A program made the position numbers and the translations under genes. A stretch of DNA of 32,935 bases from a virus (lineage: Duplodnaviria; Caudoviricetes): the IMG/VR virus record IMGVR_UViG_3300012667_000666, positions 1 through 32,935 of that record; one strand, written 5' to 3'. Shown piece after piece: positions 1-8,967 of the stretch. The number at the start of each line of letters is the position of its first letter. Position 1 is the first letter of the stretch. The notes below the pieces were generated by a model. The model did not search any database. It worked only from the letters and a program-made list of their open reading frames with translations, and was not told the DNA's origin.

Positions 1-161
1 CTCATATATTGACCATACAACCGATTGTATGCTTGACGTATACTGATCGGAAGTTCGCAGTTAGCATTCTGCAGCTCATTCTCAATGGCAGTAGCTAGCT
101 CACGCGATGCTTTAATTTCATCGCGTGTGCCACGTGGATGGGTCTCGAAATCATCAGTCAT
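1..161 (-). CDS. Hypothetical protein, 3' end runs off the window (MTDDFETHPRGTRDEIKASREL...)
   Basis: Manual translation; ATG at 161 preceded by a GAGG RBS, directly after the stop of the 169..1092 ORF; frame is open to the window edge. Confidence 0.6.
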   Translation of the reverse strand, partial: MTDDFETHPRGTRDEIKASRELATAIENELQNANCELPISIRQAYNRLYGQYM

Positions 162-168
162 ATCAACC

Positions 169-1092
169 TCACTTCATCTTCATTACAGTGTTCTTGTCAA
201 TCTCTATGATACCCTTTTTCCTCTTTTGGATCAACTCGGAAGTCTTCTTCATCCACTTTGGAATCCTATCTCTCGGAGCAGCTTGAGGTTCTGGGTCTGG
301 TTCTGGATACCGCTTGAACAGATCCGGTTCCTCGACACGCTTTGTATTACTTCCATATAGACCGTGATTGGCAGCAATCAACAACACAATTGCCAATGGG
401 TCAAACACACTGACGATCAGGATGATTACCCAACGTACAGCTTTATCGATGATGTCGTCATTTGCCTCGCCATAGACCAACTCAGCAATATATTTGATTG
501 GTCCTACTTCTGCGACGACTTTTCGCATCTCGTTTGCGAGAGGCGCTTTTTCATCCTGTAAAGCGCCGATGCGCTCCTGAGCTTTGGAGATATCGATAGT
601 GAGTGCACTACGCTCTTTTTGTTGGGAGCGTCGCATAGCGGCTGCGTTGGTCGCACCTTTTTCATCCGTTGAGCGTACCAATACTTGGTCAACACTCTCG
701 TCCATTTGTTTAAGTGCTTTGCGAGCTGCATTGATATTTTCCTTTTCGGTGTTGATCTTCTCTTCAATTATATTGATCTGATCCTGCACTGCACCCGTAG
801 GAACAGCTTGGTCCATATGAGCTTTGGACAAATACCCAAACGTACCCATACTGGTGATCAACATCAGTACTGTGATAGCAGCTATCAGGTAGTACTTAAT
901 AAGTCGAGGAGAGGTCGACCAGTTCCTGTAGATCCAAGACACAGCAACGACCTTTGCAGCCTCGAGTGAGGATCCCATAATGACAATCGGAATGAACGCA
1001 GACGCGAAGATCGTCGTCAGACCAATGATCGAATAATAAGCTGCAACGCCCGACAACAGTAGGGCGATGATGAGTGCGATGTAATTAACCAT
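169..1092 (-). CDS. Membrane protein with three N-terminal TM helices, a central coiled coil and a C-terminal TM helix (T4-like phage hypothetical)
   Basis: 307 aa ORF; hydrophobic segments flank a heptad-rich region; tightly packed downstream of gp43. Confidence 0.75.
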   Translation of the reverse strand: MVNYIALIIALLLSGVAAYYSIIGLTTIFASAFIPIVIMGSSLEAAKVVAVSWIYRNWSTSPRLIKYYLIAAITVLMLITSMGTFGYLSKAHMDQAVPTGAVQDQINIIEEKINTEKENINAARKALKQMDESVDQVLVRSTDEKGATNAAAMRRSQQKERSALTIDISKAQERIGALQDEKAPLANEMRKVVAEVGPIKYIAELVYGEANDDIIDKAVRWVIILIVSVFDPLAIVLLIAANHGLYGSNTKRVEEPDLFKRYPEPDPEPQAAPRDRIPKWMKKTSELIQKRKKGIIEIDKNTVMKMK

Positions 1093-1372
1093 TTACTAGA
1101 GCTTCTACTTTGGTGATGAATGCTTTCATCTTCTTCTGGCGGTCTGGCCAGTGGATGTATTCCTTGCTGTCGTCATCCTTAGCAAGGTTTTTCAACAATG
1201 GCATTACCATAGAGTACAACGTGTTTAGTTTTTCCTCATATGTGCGTGAAACTGCCTCTAGTTGAGTGTCTTTGTCCGCAACCTGTTGCTGGAGCTCTCG
1301 CTCCATAGCTTTGAGGTCATCTTCGCTTACTGCAGAGAAACCAAAATCGTAATCGTCTAATTGTATTGCCAT
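1085..1372 (-). CDS. Conserved hypothetical protein downstream of gp43 (MAIQLDDYDFGFSAVSE...YIHWPDR)
   Basis: Start reassigned to ATG 1372 (AGGA RBS just after the gp43 stop); overlaps the next gene start. Confidence 0.7.
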   Translation of the reverse strand: MAIQLDDYDFGFSAVSEDDLKAMERELQQQVADKDTQLEAVSRTYEEKLNTLYSMVMPLLKNLAKDDDSKEYIHWPDRQKKMKAFITKVEALVNG

Positions 1373-1379
1373 GTTAATC

Positions 1380-3896
1380 CTAGAAAAATGATTCGAGCGT
1401 AGATCTCTTCTCAGACTGCCAGCCAATTGCTTCGAGAATCGTAGTCAATGGCTCCAAGAACGCTTTATCAAACTGCTTATCATAATCAATATATCGATGA
1501 AGGTCAACTTCCTTCGGAAGGTCCCCCGGTACCGAGATCACAGGCGACTGCGATGGGTTAGGTAGTATCATGTGGCAGAATTTAATCTTCTCACCTTCAC
1601 CGATCGGTTGCAGTCTACTCAAAAGATTCTTGTTCTTGAGAATGTTGTTGTATATCAGAGCGCCCTTAACGTGAATTGGAGTCGACTTGCGATAAATCGT
1701 ACTCGCATCATAATACTTAGCCAAGCCCCGAACGCTACGAGGGAAGGCGATCTCCTCATACGGCAGCTGCTTAAACTCATTACGGAAGTTTGCAATGAAC
1801 GCCTGCAAGTCTACCTCTGTCCCGTTCATAATCAACTTGAGTGCTTCGATAATGTTTGTACGGCACGAGCTAGGAGTAGAAGAACGAACAGCTTCAATGC
1901 CAGATAGCTTGAGCTTTGGCTCTGCATACTGAACACCTTCGTTGTTGTATACGTTGAGGATGTATCGTTTCTTAGCGGTCCAGATTCCCTTGTTAGCAAT
2001 CGCTTCACGCTTCATCTTCATCTTCTGATCGTACGCATTGACGTAGTCAGCAAGCTCTTGGTAGCTCTTATCGATGAACGGCTCGAATACTTTCTCACAC
2101 ACCTTGTCCAGATATGCCACAATCTCATCCGTGCTCTTATCTCCAGCAGTCTGGTTGACAAACTCAGCCAAGTTCAAATACATCGAGTCCGTATCACACG
2201 CAATGACATAATCGACATCGGTCGTTTTCAGTACACGATTGAGGTACGCATTGATCTTACGTTCCATCCAGCGAATAGACAACTGGCCAGACATCGTAAT
2301 CGATTCTGCAAGGTTGGTATCAAACCAACGGAAGTATACGTTAGATAGAGCGCCATAAGCTGAGTTCAGCTGAATCTTCTTAGCGAGCTGCATGTTATGG
2401 CAACGTGCAATCTCTTTCTCTAGCTCGTATGTTGGAGTCTTTTCATACTGCTGCTTAGCTGCAATCATCTGCTTCTTGAACTTGACGCGGTCGTTGTACA
2501 TGCTAAACATCAGCGCAGGCAAGAACCCTTGATGGTCTCGGCTAAACTTGAATCCAGACGCTGCAACGGCTACGTTTTCACGCTCCATTACCGAACGCAC
2601 AGACTCATCATTCAGTGCCCCGTCAAGAATCGATTCGATCGATGTGCCTGGTACTTGACCTGCAATCATCTCAGGTGAAATGTTGTATTGCATAATCAAG
2701 TGAGGGTACAGCGAGTTCAAGTCGAACGATACAACCCAATCATGACGGCCGCGTTGCGGATCCTTGACATAGGCGCCAATGATCTGTCCGTCCTTGCTTT
2801 GCTTGTCCGTCATCGGTACAACTACACCACGAGCCAGTAGGTAGTTGTGGATAATAATGTCCCACATACGCACAGACGTGAACGCATCGACGAAGTTGAC
2901 GTGTCCGTCATATGCAATAGCAAAGATCTGTTCAATGAACTTCAGCTTATCATCCAGCTTATCGACCAACTCAACGTCGTGGATGTTATAGTCAATGTAC
3001 TTCTCGAAATCGTTCATGTAGAAGTCGTGCATTGAATCGTGCTCGGAATAATCCAGCTTACGTTCACCTAGCTCAACAAACGCAATGTGATCGAGCTTGT
3101 ATGATTCCTGCATCTGGAACGAGAACTTCTTGTATGCTTGCAAGTAGTCGATGATCGTGATACCGACCGGCACATAGACCTTATTCTCGCGTCCCATAAT
3201 CTCGAGCGTACGTTCTTCTAGGATACCCCAAGGCGACAAGCGCTTAGCAGCACCATCGCCCATGATACGGCGAATGCGGTTGACGAGGTATGGAATATCG
3301 AAGAACTCAACGTTCCATCCAGTAAGGACGTCCGGCGAATATTCCTCAGACTGCCAAATCAATAAGAACTTATTGAGTAGGTCGGCCTCATCCTTACACT
3401 GGAAGTACTTGACGTTGTCTTTCTTTGGAGTGTATGGACGTAGCCCGAGTACGAGCGACTGGCCATTCTTACGAACTGTGATAGCAGTGACAGATTGATT
3501 CGCTGTCTCGATGTCTGGGAATCCTCCCTCTGTGGAGGTTTCAATATCGAGCGTTACAACGGAGATTACCTTAGGATCGTAGTCGATATCGCCAGGGTAG
3601 TTATCGTTGATGAACGCATACTGATAGTTCGTTAAGCCATATAGAGGCTTGCCTGGTACATTGCTGAACTTCTTAACATAGTCACGAGCTTCGTAGATGT
3701 TATCGAACTCATGTTTGTATACTTTCTGGCCCTGCAAGGTACGAAACGGAGTATCAACTCCGCGGGCTTCGTATGTCTTGTTTGGCTCAAACAGGTACGG
3801 CTGGTACTCGATTGAGTCTTTTATTCGTTGGCCATTTTCATAGCCGCGCAGGAGAATTTGACTCCTGTGCAAGTGGACGCTTGTGTAGAATTTCAT
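1380..3896 (-). CDS. gp43: Family B DNA polymerase (T4 gp43)
   Basis: Exo motifs LDIET, GWNVEFFDIPY, YNIHD; pol motifs SFDLNSLYP, KIQLNSAYG, CDTDS, KKRY; 838 aa with no intein or intron. Confidence 0.98.
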   Translation of the reverse strand: MKFYTSVHLHRSQILLRGYENGQRIKDSIEYQPYLFEPNKTYEARGVDTPFRTLQGQKVYKHEFDNIYEARDYVKKFSNVPGKPLYGLTNYQYAFINDNYPGDIDYDPKVISVVTLDIETSTEGGFPDIETANQSVTAITVRKNGQSLVLGLRPYTPKKDNVKYFQCKDEADLLNKFLLIWQSEEYSPDVLTGWNVEFFDIPYLVNRIRRIMGDGAAKRLSPWGILEERTLEIMGRENKVYVPVGITIIDYLQAYKKFSFQMQESYKLDHIAFVELGERKLDYSEHDSMHDFYMNDFEKYIDYNIHDVELVDKLDDKLKFIEQIFAIAYDGHVNFVDAFTSVRMWDIIIHNYLLARGVVVPMTDKQSKDGQIIGAYVKDPQRGRHDWVVSFDLNSLYPHLIMQYNISPEMIAGQVPGTSIESILDGALNDESVRSVMERENVAVAASGFKFSRDHQGFLPALMFSMYNDRVKFKKQMIAAKQQYEKTPTYELEKEIARCHNMQLAKKIQLNSAYGALSNVYFRWFDTNLAESITMSGQLSIRWMERKINAYLNRVLKTTDVDYVIACDTDSMYLNLAEFVNQTAGDKSTDEIVAYLDKVCEKVFEPFIDKSYQELADYVNAYDQKMKMKREAIANKGIWTAKKRYILNVYNNEGVQYAEPKLKLSGIEAVRSSTPSSCRTNIIEALKLIMNGTEVDLQAFIANFRNEFKQLPYEEIAFPRSVRGLAKYYDASTIYRKSTPIHVKGALIYNNILKNKNLLSRLQPIGEGEKIKFCHMILPNPSQSPVISVPGDLPKEVDLHRYIDYDKQFDKAFLEPLTTILEAIGWQSEKRSTLESFF

Positions 3897-4568
3897 TTAG
3901 TCCCAAAGTGCTTCAAAGTATTTACCAAACAGGCGGAAGCCGTTGGCGTTGCGTTGTTGATGGGCTTTCAGAGCATCCCAATCGCATTTGCGGTTGCCTG
4001 TATGTTCCATCGTGTATGTCTTTTCCATCTTGTCGGTAATAGGGTTGTGGACATCCTTTCCAGCATCCTTCCAGATAGTATCCCCCCATTCGCCAGTCCA
4101 GTAAACATCTTCCCACGTATCACTACATTTGCACTCGAATGCTTGGATCATCTCCTCAATCACCCAGTCCCAACGCTTGAAGTGGTTGCTGTCTGTGTCC
4201 CATTCATTCTCTTTTGGTTCTGCAGCAGTACTACGAAGATGCTCAGGCACATCCTCATCGTCCACGAACGGCGCACCTTGTTTAGTAGCATGCAGTTGCT
4301 TGAGCATAGGAAGAATGATCGGCGCAAGAGTATGATCCATCGACCAGGTATCATAGTAGTCAATCTTTACTTCGACCTTGCGTTTCTTAAAGCCGTCAAT
4401 CCATGTGCAGAACTTGTACAGTAGCGATTCGTGATTATCTCCACCAGCTAACCAATGGCCAAACGCATGGACGCGATCGTCCTCATACTTGTCCAACCAG
4501 AACAAGAGCTTCTCAGCAATCTGATATGGTCCGAACCAGTTCTTATAAGGTCCAATGTTTACTTTCAT
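3897..4568 (-). CDS. Hypothetical protein (Trp-rich, DTWSMDHTLAPII motif)
   Basis: 223 aa ORF abutting the gp43 start and overlapping the upstream stop by 4 nt. Confidence 0.75.
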   Translation of the reverse strand: MKVNIGPYKNWFGPYQIAEKLLFWLDKYEDDRVHAFGHWLAGGDNHESLLYKFCTWIDGFKKRKVEVKIDYYDTWSMDHTLAPIILPMLKQLHATKQGAPFVDDEDVPEHLRSTAAEPKENEWDTDSNHFKRWDWVIEEMIQAFECKCSDTWEDVYWTGEWGDTIWKDAGKDVHNPITDKMEKTYTMEHTGNRKCDWDALKAHQQRNANGFRLFGKYFEALWD

Positions 4569-5008
4569 AGGTCTACCTTTTCTCCGTCCTTAGTAAAGAA
4601 CGCTTTGATTTTTTGTTCGTCATTCCACTTCGCGCAATAGTCGTTGTCGACATCGCATAGATCGAGAGCCTCGCGCTCTGTCAGCACACGATGGGATACA
4701 ATTTGCTCGCCCATGTGCTCTTGTGAAAATTCTTTGGCTTCTTTCATCGTCACGGTATCTAGTGCCCACTCAGACTTACCCTTAGGGACCTGTACCATGT
4801 AACGCATACGGAACGAGCTGACTGCATCAACGAGCACCCACTCCATCTCTTGCTTCTTCTTGAGCATCCAAGACCCATCCTTGAGATCTACCCATTCAAG
4901 CTCATCGCCAATCTTGAAGCTAGATTCGGCGAGAATGTCGTCGTTCAATTCAATAAACAACTCACCATCAGGTGCTTCTTGTACTTCAACAACCCACGAT
5001 TTACCCAT
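4565..5008 (-). CDS. Hypothetical protein with an N-terminal AbrB/SpoVT-like domain
   Basis: ATG 5008 with GGAG RBS; N-terminus GELFIELNDDILAESSFKIGDELEW resembles the AbrB swapped-hairpin pattern. Confidence 0.6.
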   Translation of the reverse strand: MGKSWVVEVQEAPDGELFIELNDDILAESSFKIGDELEWVDLKDGSWMLKKKQEMEWVLVDAVSSFRMRYMVQVPKGKSEWALDTVTMKEAKEFSQEHMGEQIVSHRVLTEREALDLCDVDNDYCAKWNDEQKIKAFFTKDGEKVDL

Positions 5009-5032
5009 AATGTACTCCAAATAAAGCCAATT

Positions 5033-5055
5033 GAAGGGGCTCATAGAACCCCTTC
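5033..5055 (-). terminator. Stem-loop between the SPFH gene and the next ORF (possible terminator or processing site)
   Basis: Inverted repeat GAAGGGG...CCCCTTC; no clear U tract. Confidence 0.35.
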
Positions 5056-5062
5056 TCAGGCA

Positions 5063-6394
5063 TTACTTATTAACGAACTTCTCGATCAATGCAGCGCCAG
5101 CTGGGCTTTGTGCAAGACCCTCCAGAGCTGCGCCAATGTTCTGGCCGCCCTGTGAACTAAACAAGTCACCGAGTGAACTGATGCCACCAGTCACTGTGCC
5201 GCTATTAGCGATCACCTTAATGTCCGCCTTATCAAGCGCACGTGCTTGCTCAACACCAATTGCTTGGTTGGCTTCAACTTGACGGATAGTGATCAAGTAT
5301 TGTTGGTAGCTTTGGTTTTCACCAATTTCCTTAGCCAACACGATCTGCGCTTCGACAGGAGCCAACTGCAACAGCTTTTCGGATTCCGCTTTCGCTTGAC
5401 CATTAACCAATACGGCCTCAGCTTCGCGTTTCTGTGCTTCCAAGTTACCTTCAGCAATCAACACGATCTTTTGCTTCTGACCTTCCGCACCAATAACGTC
5501 CGTCTGCTTCTGTTCTTCTGCCTTCACGATGTTAACATCTTTGGCAATTTCAGCAGCCTTCACGTTCTCGACGCGAGTCACTTCCATCATCTTTTCCGCT
5601 GTGACCTTTTGCTGGCTCTTGATTTCTTGCTGAGCCATTTCAGTAGCGATACCAATCTCGCGTTCCTTCTCAGCTGTCTTCACACCAACTTGTTGTTGAG
5701 CCAACTGACTATTGATCTCTACCTCTCGTTGAGCGTCGATTTCAGCATTCTGTGCAGCCTTCTTGTTAGCAGCAACCGCAATGCGTGATTCTTTCTCAAT
5801 CTCGGACTTCTTCTTCTCCATGATGTTTTGAATCACTTGAGAGTCGCGACTATCACGAATGTCCATCAGCTCGATATTCTTAACAGTAGTCACGCCCCAC
5901 GCTTTCAGTTGTTCGTTCACTTCTTTAGTAAACGCATCGCCGAATTCCGAACGACCCTGCATGATTTCTTCAATCGTCTTGCTAGCAAGAATTGTACGTG
6001 CTGCACCTTGCAAGATCGAAGTCAATTGACCGCTGAGCTCCGAGAAACTGTACACGCGTTGTGCTGCAATATTCGAATTCTCAATGCGGAAGAATGCTTC
6101 TAGATCCAAAACAAATGGCAAGCGACCATTATCATATGCTTCATAATCCTTCAATCGCAAGCTAAACACAGACACTGGCAGCTTGATAACCTGGATACCG
6201 ATGATAGGAATCCAACTTGGCCACTCATAGTACGTGTTACCATCGGCTTGGTCTTTACCGAACGATACCGTCTGTTTAGACGACTGGATAATATGGACTT
6301 CGTTAGTACTAACGACACGACGCAAAGACAACACCCAAAAGGTGATGACCGCTAAAACAAGCAAAGTAAAACCGGCAATGCCAAGTTCAATCAT
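5063..6394 (-). CDS. SPFH/band-7 (flotillin-like) membrane protein
   Basis: N-terminal TM helix, SPFH domain (ILQGAARTILASKTIEEI, VKNIELMDIRD), long Ala/Glu-rich coiled coil of the flotillin type. Confidence 0.9.
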   Translation of the reverse strand: MIELGIAGFTLLVLAVITFWVLSLRRVVSTNEVHIIQSSKQTVSFGKDQADGNTYYEWPSWIPIIGIQVIKLPVSVFSLRLKDYEAYDNGRLPFVLDLEAFFRIENSNIAAQRVYSFSELSGQLTSILQGAARTILASKTIEEIMQGRSEFGDAFTKEVNEQLKAWGVTTVKNIELMDIRDSRDSQVIQNIMEKKKSEIEKESRIAVAANKKAAQNAEIDAQREVEINSQLAQQQVGVKTAEKEREIGIATEMAQQEIKSQQKVTAEKMMEVTRVENVKAAEIAKDVNIVKAEEQKQTDVIGAEGQKQKIVLIAEGNLEAQKREAEAVLVNGQAKAESEKLLQLAPVEAQIVLAKEIGENQSYQQYLITIRQVEANQAIGVEQARALDKADIKVIANSGTVTGGISSLGDLFSSQGGQNIGAALEGLAQSPAGAALIEKFVNK

Positions 6395-6426
6395 AATAAA
6401 AACTCCAAAGTGAAATCAGAAACCCT

Positions 6427-6454
6427 ATTATCCCTCGTCCAAGGGATAAGTCAA
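6427..6454 (-). promoter_or_regulatory. Sigma70-type early promoter for the SPFH gene, with an inverted repeat
   Basis: TTGACT-16 nt-GATAAT on the minus strand; 8-bp inverted repeat TTATCCCT/AGGGATAA at 6428-6449. Confidence 0.55.
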
Positions 6455-6455
6455 C

Positions 6456-6740
6456 TTACGGCATGGTTTGGACTACTTGAATACCTGCACCAAAGATGCG
6501 GTTGTAGTTGTTAATTAGGTCTTGGTTTGGATAGTGTTCAATCACAATAGCGTCTGGATTGAAAGTGAAGTTGTCCGTTTCACTATACGGGAGGAATGGC
6601 ATTAGTCCTAGGCTGACTTGTTGTACGCCATTCTGGCCTGGCATCATCACGATGGAGGCAATATCTTTGTAGACGTTCTTCTCTACTTTGGTGGCGATCA
6701 GCTCTTCGCCACTAACTAACTTCAAGCATACTGTGGTCAT
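6456..6740 (-). CDS. Small conserved T4-like hypothetical protein (Sm-like fold likely)
   Basis: 94 aa; LKLVSGEELIA...LGLMPFLPYS pattern; AGGAG RBS. Confidence 0.7.
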   Translation of the reverse strand: MTTVCLKLVSGEELIATKVEKNVYKDIASIVMMPGQNGVQQVSLGLMPFLPYSETDNFTFNPDAIVIEHYPNQDLINNYNRIFGAGIQVVQTMP

Positions 6741-6761
6741 GTAGACTCCTTATAAAATTAC

Positions 6762-6790
6762 ATTATACAGTCTACATTTCCACAAGTCAA
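6762..6790 (-). promoter_or_regulatory. Sigma70-type early promoter
   Basis: TTGACT-17 nt-TATAAT on the minus strand, upstream of ORF 6456..6740. Confidence 0.8.
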
Positions 6791-6871
6791 TAGAGACGAG
6801 CGAGATGCGAGTTGTTTTTTAAGTATTGGTATCTTGCTTCACCAATAAAAACTAACCAATTCCATATTTTC

Positions 6872-7432
6872 TTAAACATTTTCTTTTCCTATTAAATATT
6901 TCCAGGCGTTTCGTGCGCCTCTCACGTTATTATCATAAATTGCCATCTGCTCTAGTATGGCTTCTCGCATCGGATCGAGCGGAAGTGGATCTATGTGCAG
7001 ATCTGCGTCAGTTTCACCATATGATGAAAACAACATCATGTGGTTCTTATTAGCAATGTGCTTCATTGCAGCATTCTCAGTCAAGCAATGCATAAACACA
7101 TCCTTGACCCCTTGTGCTCGTACAAACACCAATCCACGTTGAAACAACGCTTGACCGAGTTTCTTTCCGCGCCATGCAGGATCTACAGACAATCCGAGTT
7201 CTGCCTTATTATCGCCTTCAATAGCAACGTGAACGACGGCGATTGCTTTGTTGTCTTCTACGATGCCGAACCACTCGTTATTGCCATTCCAAGTACCATC
7301 CACGTACGCATTGATCGAGTCGTCTGTCAGTGCATGGCCGAACCTCAGGTAGCGATCACGACCTTCTAATGAGCGGAGATGTTGCTTCACCAATTCCCGC
7401 GCTGCCGGCGTATGAAGCTTCATCGGTATCAC
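6872..7432 (-). CDS. GNAT family N-acetyltransferase
   Basis: Acetyl-CoA binding motif A: AELGLSVDPAWRGKKLGQALF; ENAAM motif; DRYLRFG at the N-terminus; start could be 7423. Confidence 0.88.
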   Translation of the reverse strand: MIPMKLHTPAARELVKQHLRSLEGRDRYLRFGHALTDDSINAYVDGTWNGNNEWFGIVEDNKAIAVVHVAIEGDNKAELGLSVDPAWRGKKLGQALFQRGLVFVRAQGVKDVFMHCLTENAAMKHIANKNHMMLFSSYGETDADLHIDPLPLDPMREAILEQMAIYDNNVRGARNAWKYLIGKENV

Positions 7433-7581
7433 ATTATACCTCTGCGAGCTAGCATTTTGATTCTGAATTCTAGATCGTACACATCGACACTGTCTTCCAA
7501 GTACGATTCTACCATCTGTCTGCGACCATCAGAGAAAAGGTCTCTGAACCATTTTAGCATGTTATGCATGTTTCTACCCAT
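7429..7581 (-). CDS. Small DUF3563-like protein (50 aa, absent from the ORF track)
   Basis: Manual translation MGRNMHNMLKWFRDLFSDGRRQMVESYLEDSVDVYDLEFRIKMLARRGIM; YLxxSVDxYDLExR pattern; the stop overlaps the GNAT start (GTGA); start may be a later Met. Confidence 0.65.
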   Translation of the reverse strand: MGRNMHNMLKWFRDLFSDGRRQMVESYLEDSVDVYDLEFRIKMLARRGIM

Positions 7582-7596
7582 ATGTCTTTTGAACAA

Positions 7597-7622
7597 AATA
7601 ATAGCCGACCCTGGGGGTCGGC
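7597..7622 (-). terminator. Probable intrinsic terminator after hsp20
   Basis: GCCGACCC-CCA-GGGTCGGC hairpin followed by TATTATTTT on the minus strand. Confidence 0.6.
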
Positions 7623-7632
7623 GTTGGCTAGA

Positions 7633-8112
7633 TTACTTGGTTTCTACTAAGAGTTGCTTCTTAGTAGGTTTCGAAGCACCAGCCTCTTTTACTTCAATTT
7701 TCTTTGGCTTCTTATGTTCTGGAATAATTCTTTCCAAGAACACTTGGAGCATGCCATTGATCATTTCAGCATCCTTAACTTCTACTTGATCGTCCAGCGC
7801 GAAGATGCGTTGGAAGTTACGAGCAGCAATGCCCTTAAACAAGAAGTTTTCATTGGTGTCGTTGTCCGATTGAACCTTACCGTTAATCACCATTTTGCCG
7901 TCTGCTAGCTCGATTTCGATATCTTGCCTTGCAAAGCCAGCAACTGCCAATTCGATGACGTACGTATTGTCGCCAGTCTTCTTGATGTTGTATGGTGGGT
8001 AGTTGGGGATGTTCTTAGTCAAATCGTCGTGGATTTTAGCCATACGATTGAACTGATCATCGAAGCCGACAAAAAACTTATCAAAGTCTTTGAATGAATG
8101 ATTGAATGTCAT
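7633..8112 (-). CDS. hsp20: Small heat-shock protein Hsp20 (IbpA-like)
   Basis: NYPPYNI, IELAVAGF, FLFKGIAARNFQRIFAL, AEMINGML; alpha-crystallin domain with a C-terminal IEV motif. Confidence 0.96.
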   Translation of the reverse strand: MTFNHSFKDFDKFFVGFDDQFNRMAKIHDDLTKNIPNYPPYNIKKTGDNTYVIELAVAGFARQDIEIELADGKMVINGKVQSDNDTNENFLFKGIAARNFQRIFALDDQVEVKDAEMINGMLQVFLERIIPEHKKPKKIEVKEAGASKPTKKQLLVETK

Positions 8113-8122
8113 GGCCGTCTCC

Positions 8123-8344
8123 TTACTTTGTAGCTGTACCTGGATACACTAATTTTTGGCTTGCATCGAAGAATGCGGTGCCAACATCGAACGACGTCTT
8201 AGCAAATTGCTTTGCAAACGTGCGTTGCGCTTCTACAAAAGATTGGAGTGGTTTTTGAACCTTCTCATCAGTAACGAAAGTCTTGATGAGGTTGGTCTTA
8301 GCGTCTTGAACTGCGTCAATAGCTGTGTCTGTGAAAAAAGTCAT
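8123..8344 (-). CDS. Small helical protein, phasin-like (tentative)
   Basis: 73 aa amphipathic Ala/Thr/Lys/Phe-rich ORF with a strong AAGGAG RBS; the phasin resemblance is by composition only. Confidence 0.6.
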   Translation of the reverse strand: MTFFTDTAIDAVQDAKTNLIKTFVTDEKVQKPLQSFVEAQRTFAKQFAKTSFDVGTAFFDASQKLVYPGTATK

Positions 8345-8440
8345 AATAGCTCCTTAATAAGCGAGTTAAATAAAATCTACCCCGAAGGCGTAGACGGTAG
8401 TTTTAACTAGGATACCAGCCTAGTTCCCATCCCTGAGATG
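8345..8440 (-). promoter_or_regulatory. Structured 5' leader with a ROSE-like RNA thermometer
   Basis: Hairpins AACTAGG/CCTAGTT and TCTACGCC-TTCG-GGGTAGA, then CTCGCTT-ATT-AAGGAG, where UCGCU pairs with the SD leaving a bulged G (ROSE signature); upstream of an sHSP operon. Confidence 0.7.
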
Positions 8441-8444
8441 TAAG

Positions 8445-8483
8445 TATTTATATCATTATATCACGAATTCAATACTTTAGCAA
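8445..8483 (-). promoter_or_regulatory. Tandem sigma70-type promoter and T4 late promoter for the phasin-like/hsp20 operon
   Basis: TTGCTA(8478-8483)-17 nt-TATAAT(8455-8460), and a perfect TATAAATA at 8445-8452. Confidence 0.7.
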
Positions 8484-8967
8484 CAGAATTCATTACACTC
8501 GCAATACGCCCGATGTCTCGCAGCTGTTCTACGGTGTATCCTTCCGTTTTCAACGTCTCATAGTGTGCTTTCACGCAAAAATGACATTTACCTACGATGC
8601 TAGCAGCAAGACTGAATGCTTCGAAATTGGATTTCGTAGTACCACCATGAGATGCGATTGCGTTCATGCGCAGTTGTGCTGGCAATCCCTTCAATGCAGG
8701 ATCATCTGCCATTTCAACATACGGATACCATACGTTGTTCTGCGCCATGATGCTTGCAGCAGTCATTGCTGATTCTGCATGCACTGGAGCATCCGCTAAT
8801 AGGATACTCAATACTTTGCCATTGCCTGTGGCAGCTAGTGCTGCAACTGCGCAACCCATTGCCACATCTGGATCCAGGGTGCTACGCAAAAGGACAGCGT
8901 CCAAGTTTAACTTGGTGTCCTTTGCATACTCAGGCAACGCACTCTTTACAGCGTCATTGAATGCCAT
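8461..8967 (-). CDS. ahpD: Alkyl hydroperoxide reductase AhpD (carboxymuconolactone decarboxylase family)
   Basis: LPEYAKDTKLNL, MAQNNVWY, SLAASIVGKCHFCVKAH (CxxC); ATG 8967 overlaps the ahpC stop (TAATG). Confidence 0.93.
   Translation of the reverse strand: MAFNDAVKSALPEYAKDTKLNLDAVLLRSTLDPDVAMGCAVAALAATGNGKVLSILLADAPVHAESAMTAASIMAQNNVWYPYVEMADDPALKGLPAQLRMNAIASHGGTTKSNFEAFSLAASIVGKCHFCVKAHYETLKTEGYTVEQLRDIGRIASVMNSVAKVLNS

Noticed and set aside
1380-3896. Intron, intein or split in gp43, or obvious active-site changes for a modified dGTP
   Set aside because: Single uninterrupted ORF with canonical-looking motifs; subtle specificity changes cannot be judged by eye
3828-4424. 198-aa plus-strand ORF, and similar antisense ORFs at 5246..5788, 9018..9530 and 14583..15071
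   Set aside because: Each lies opposite well-supported minus-strand genes and has no recognisable motif
6791-6871. AT-rich intergenic stretch as a small RNA or replication origin
   Set aside because: No convincing structure or iterons; adequately explained as upstream sequence of the promoter at 6762-6790
8345-8440. tRNA or intrinsic terminator
   Set aside because: No cloverleaf, TTCGA arm or CCA end; the hairpins lie between a promoter and an SD, which fits a 5' leader
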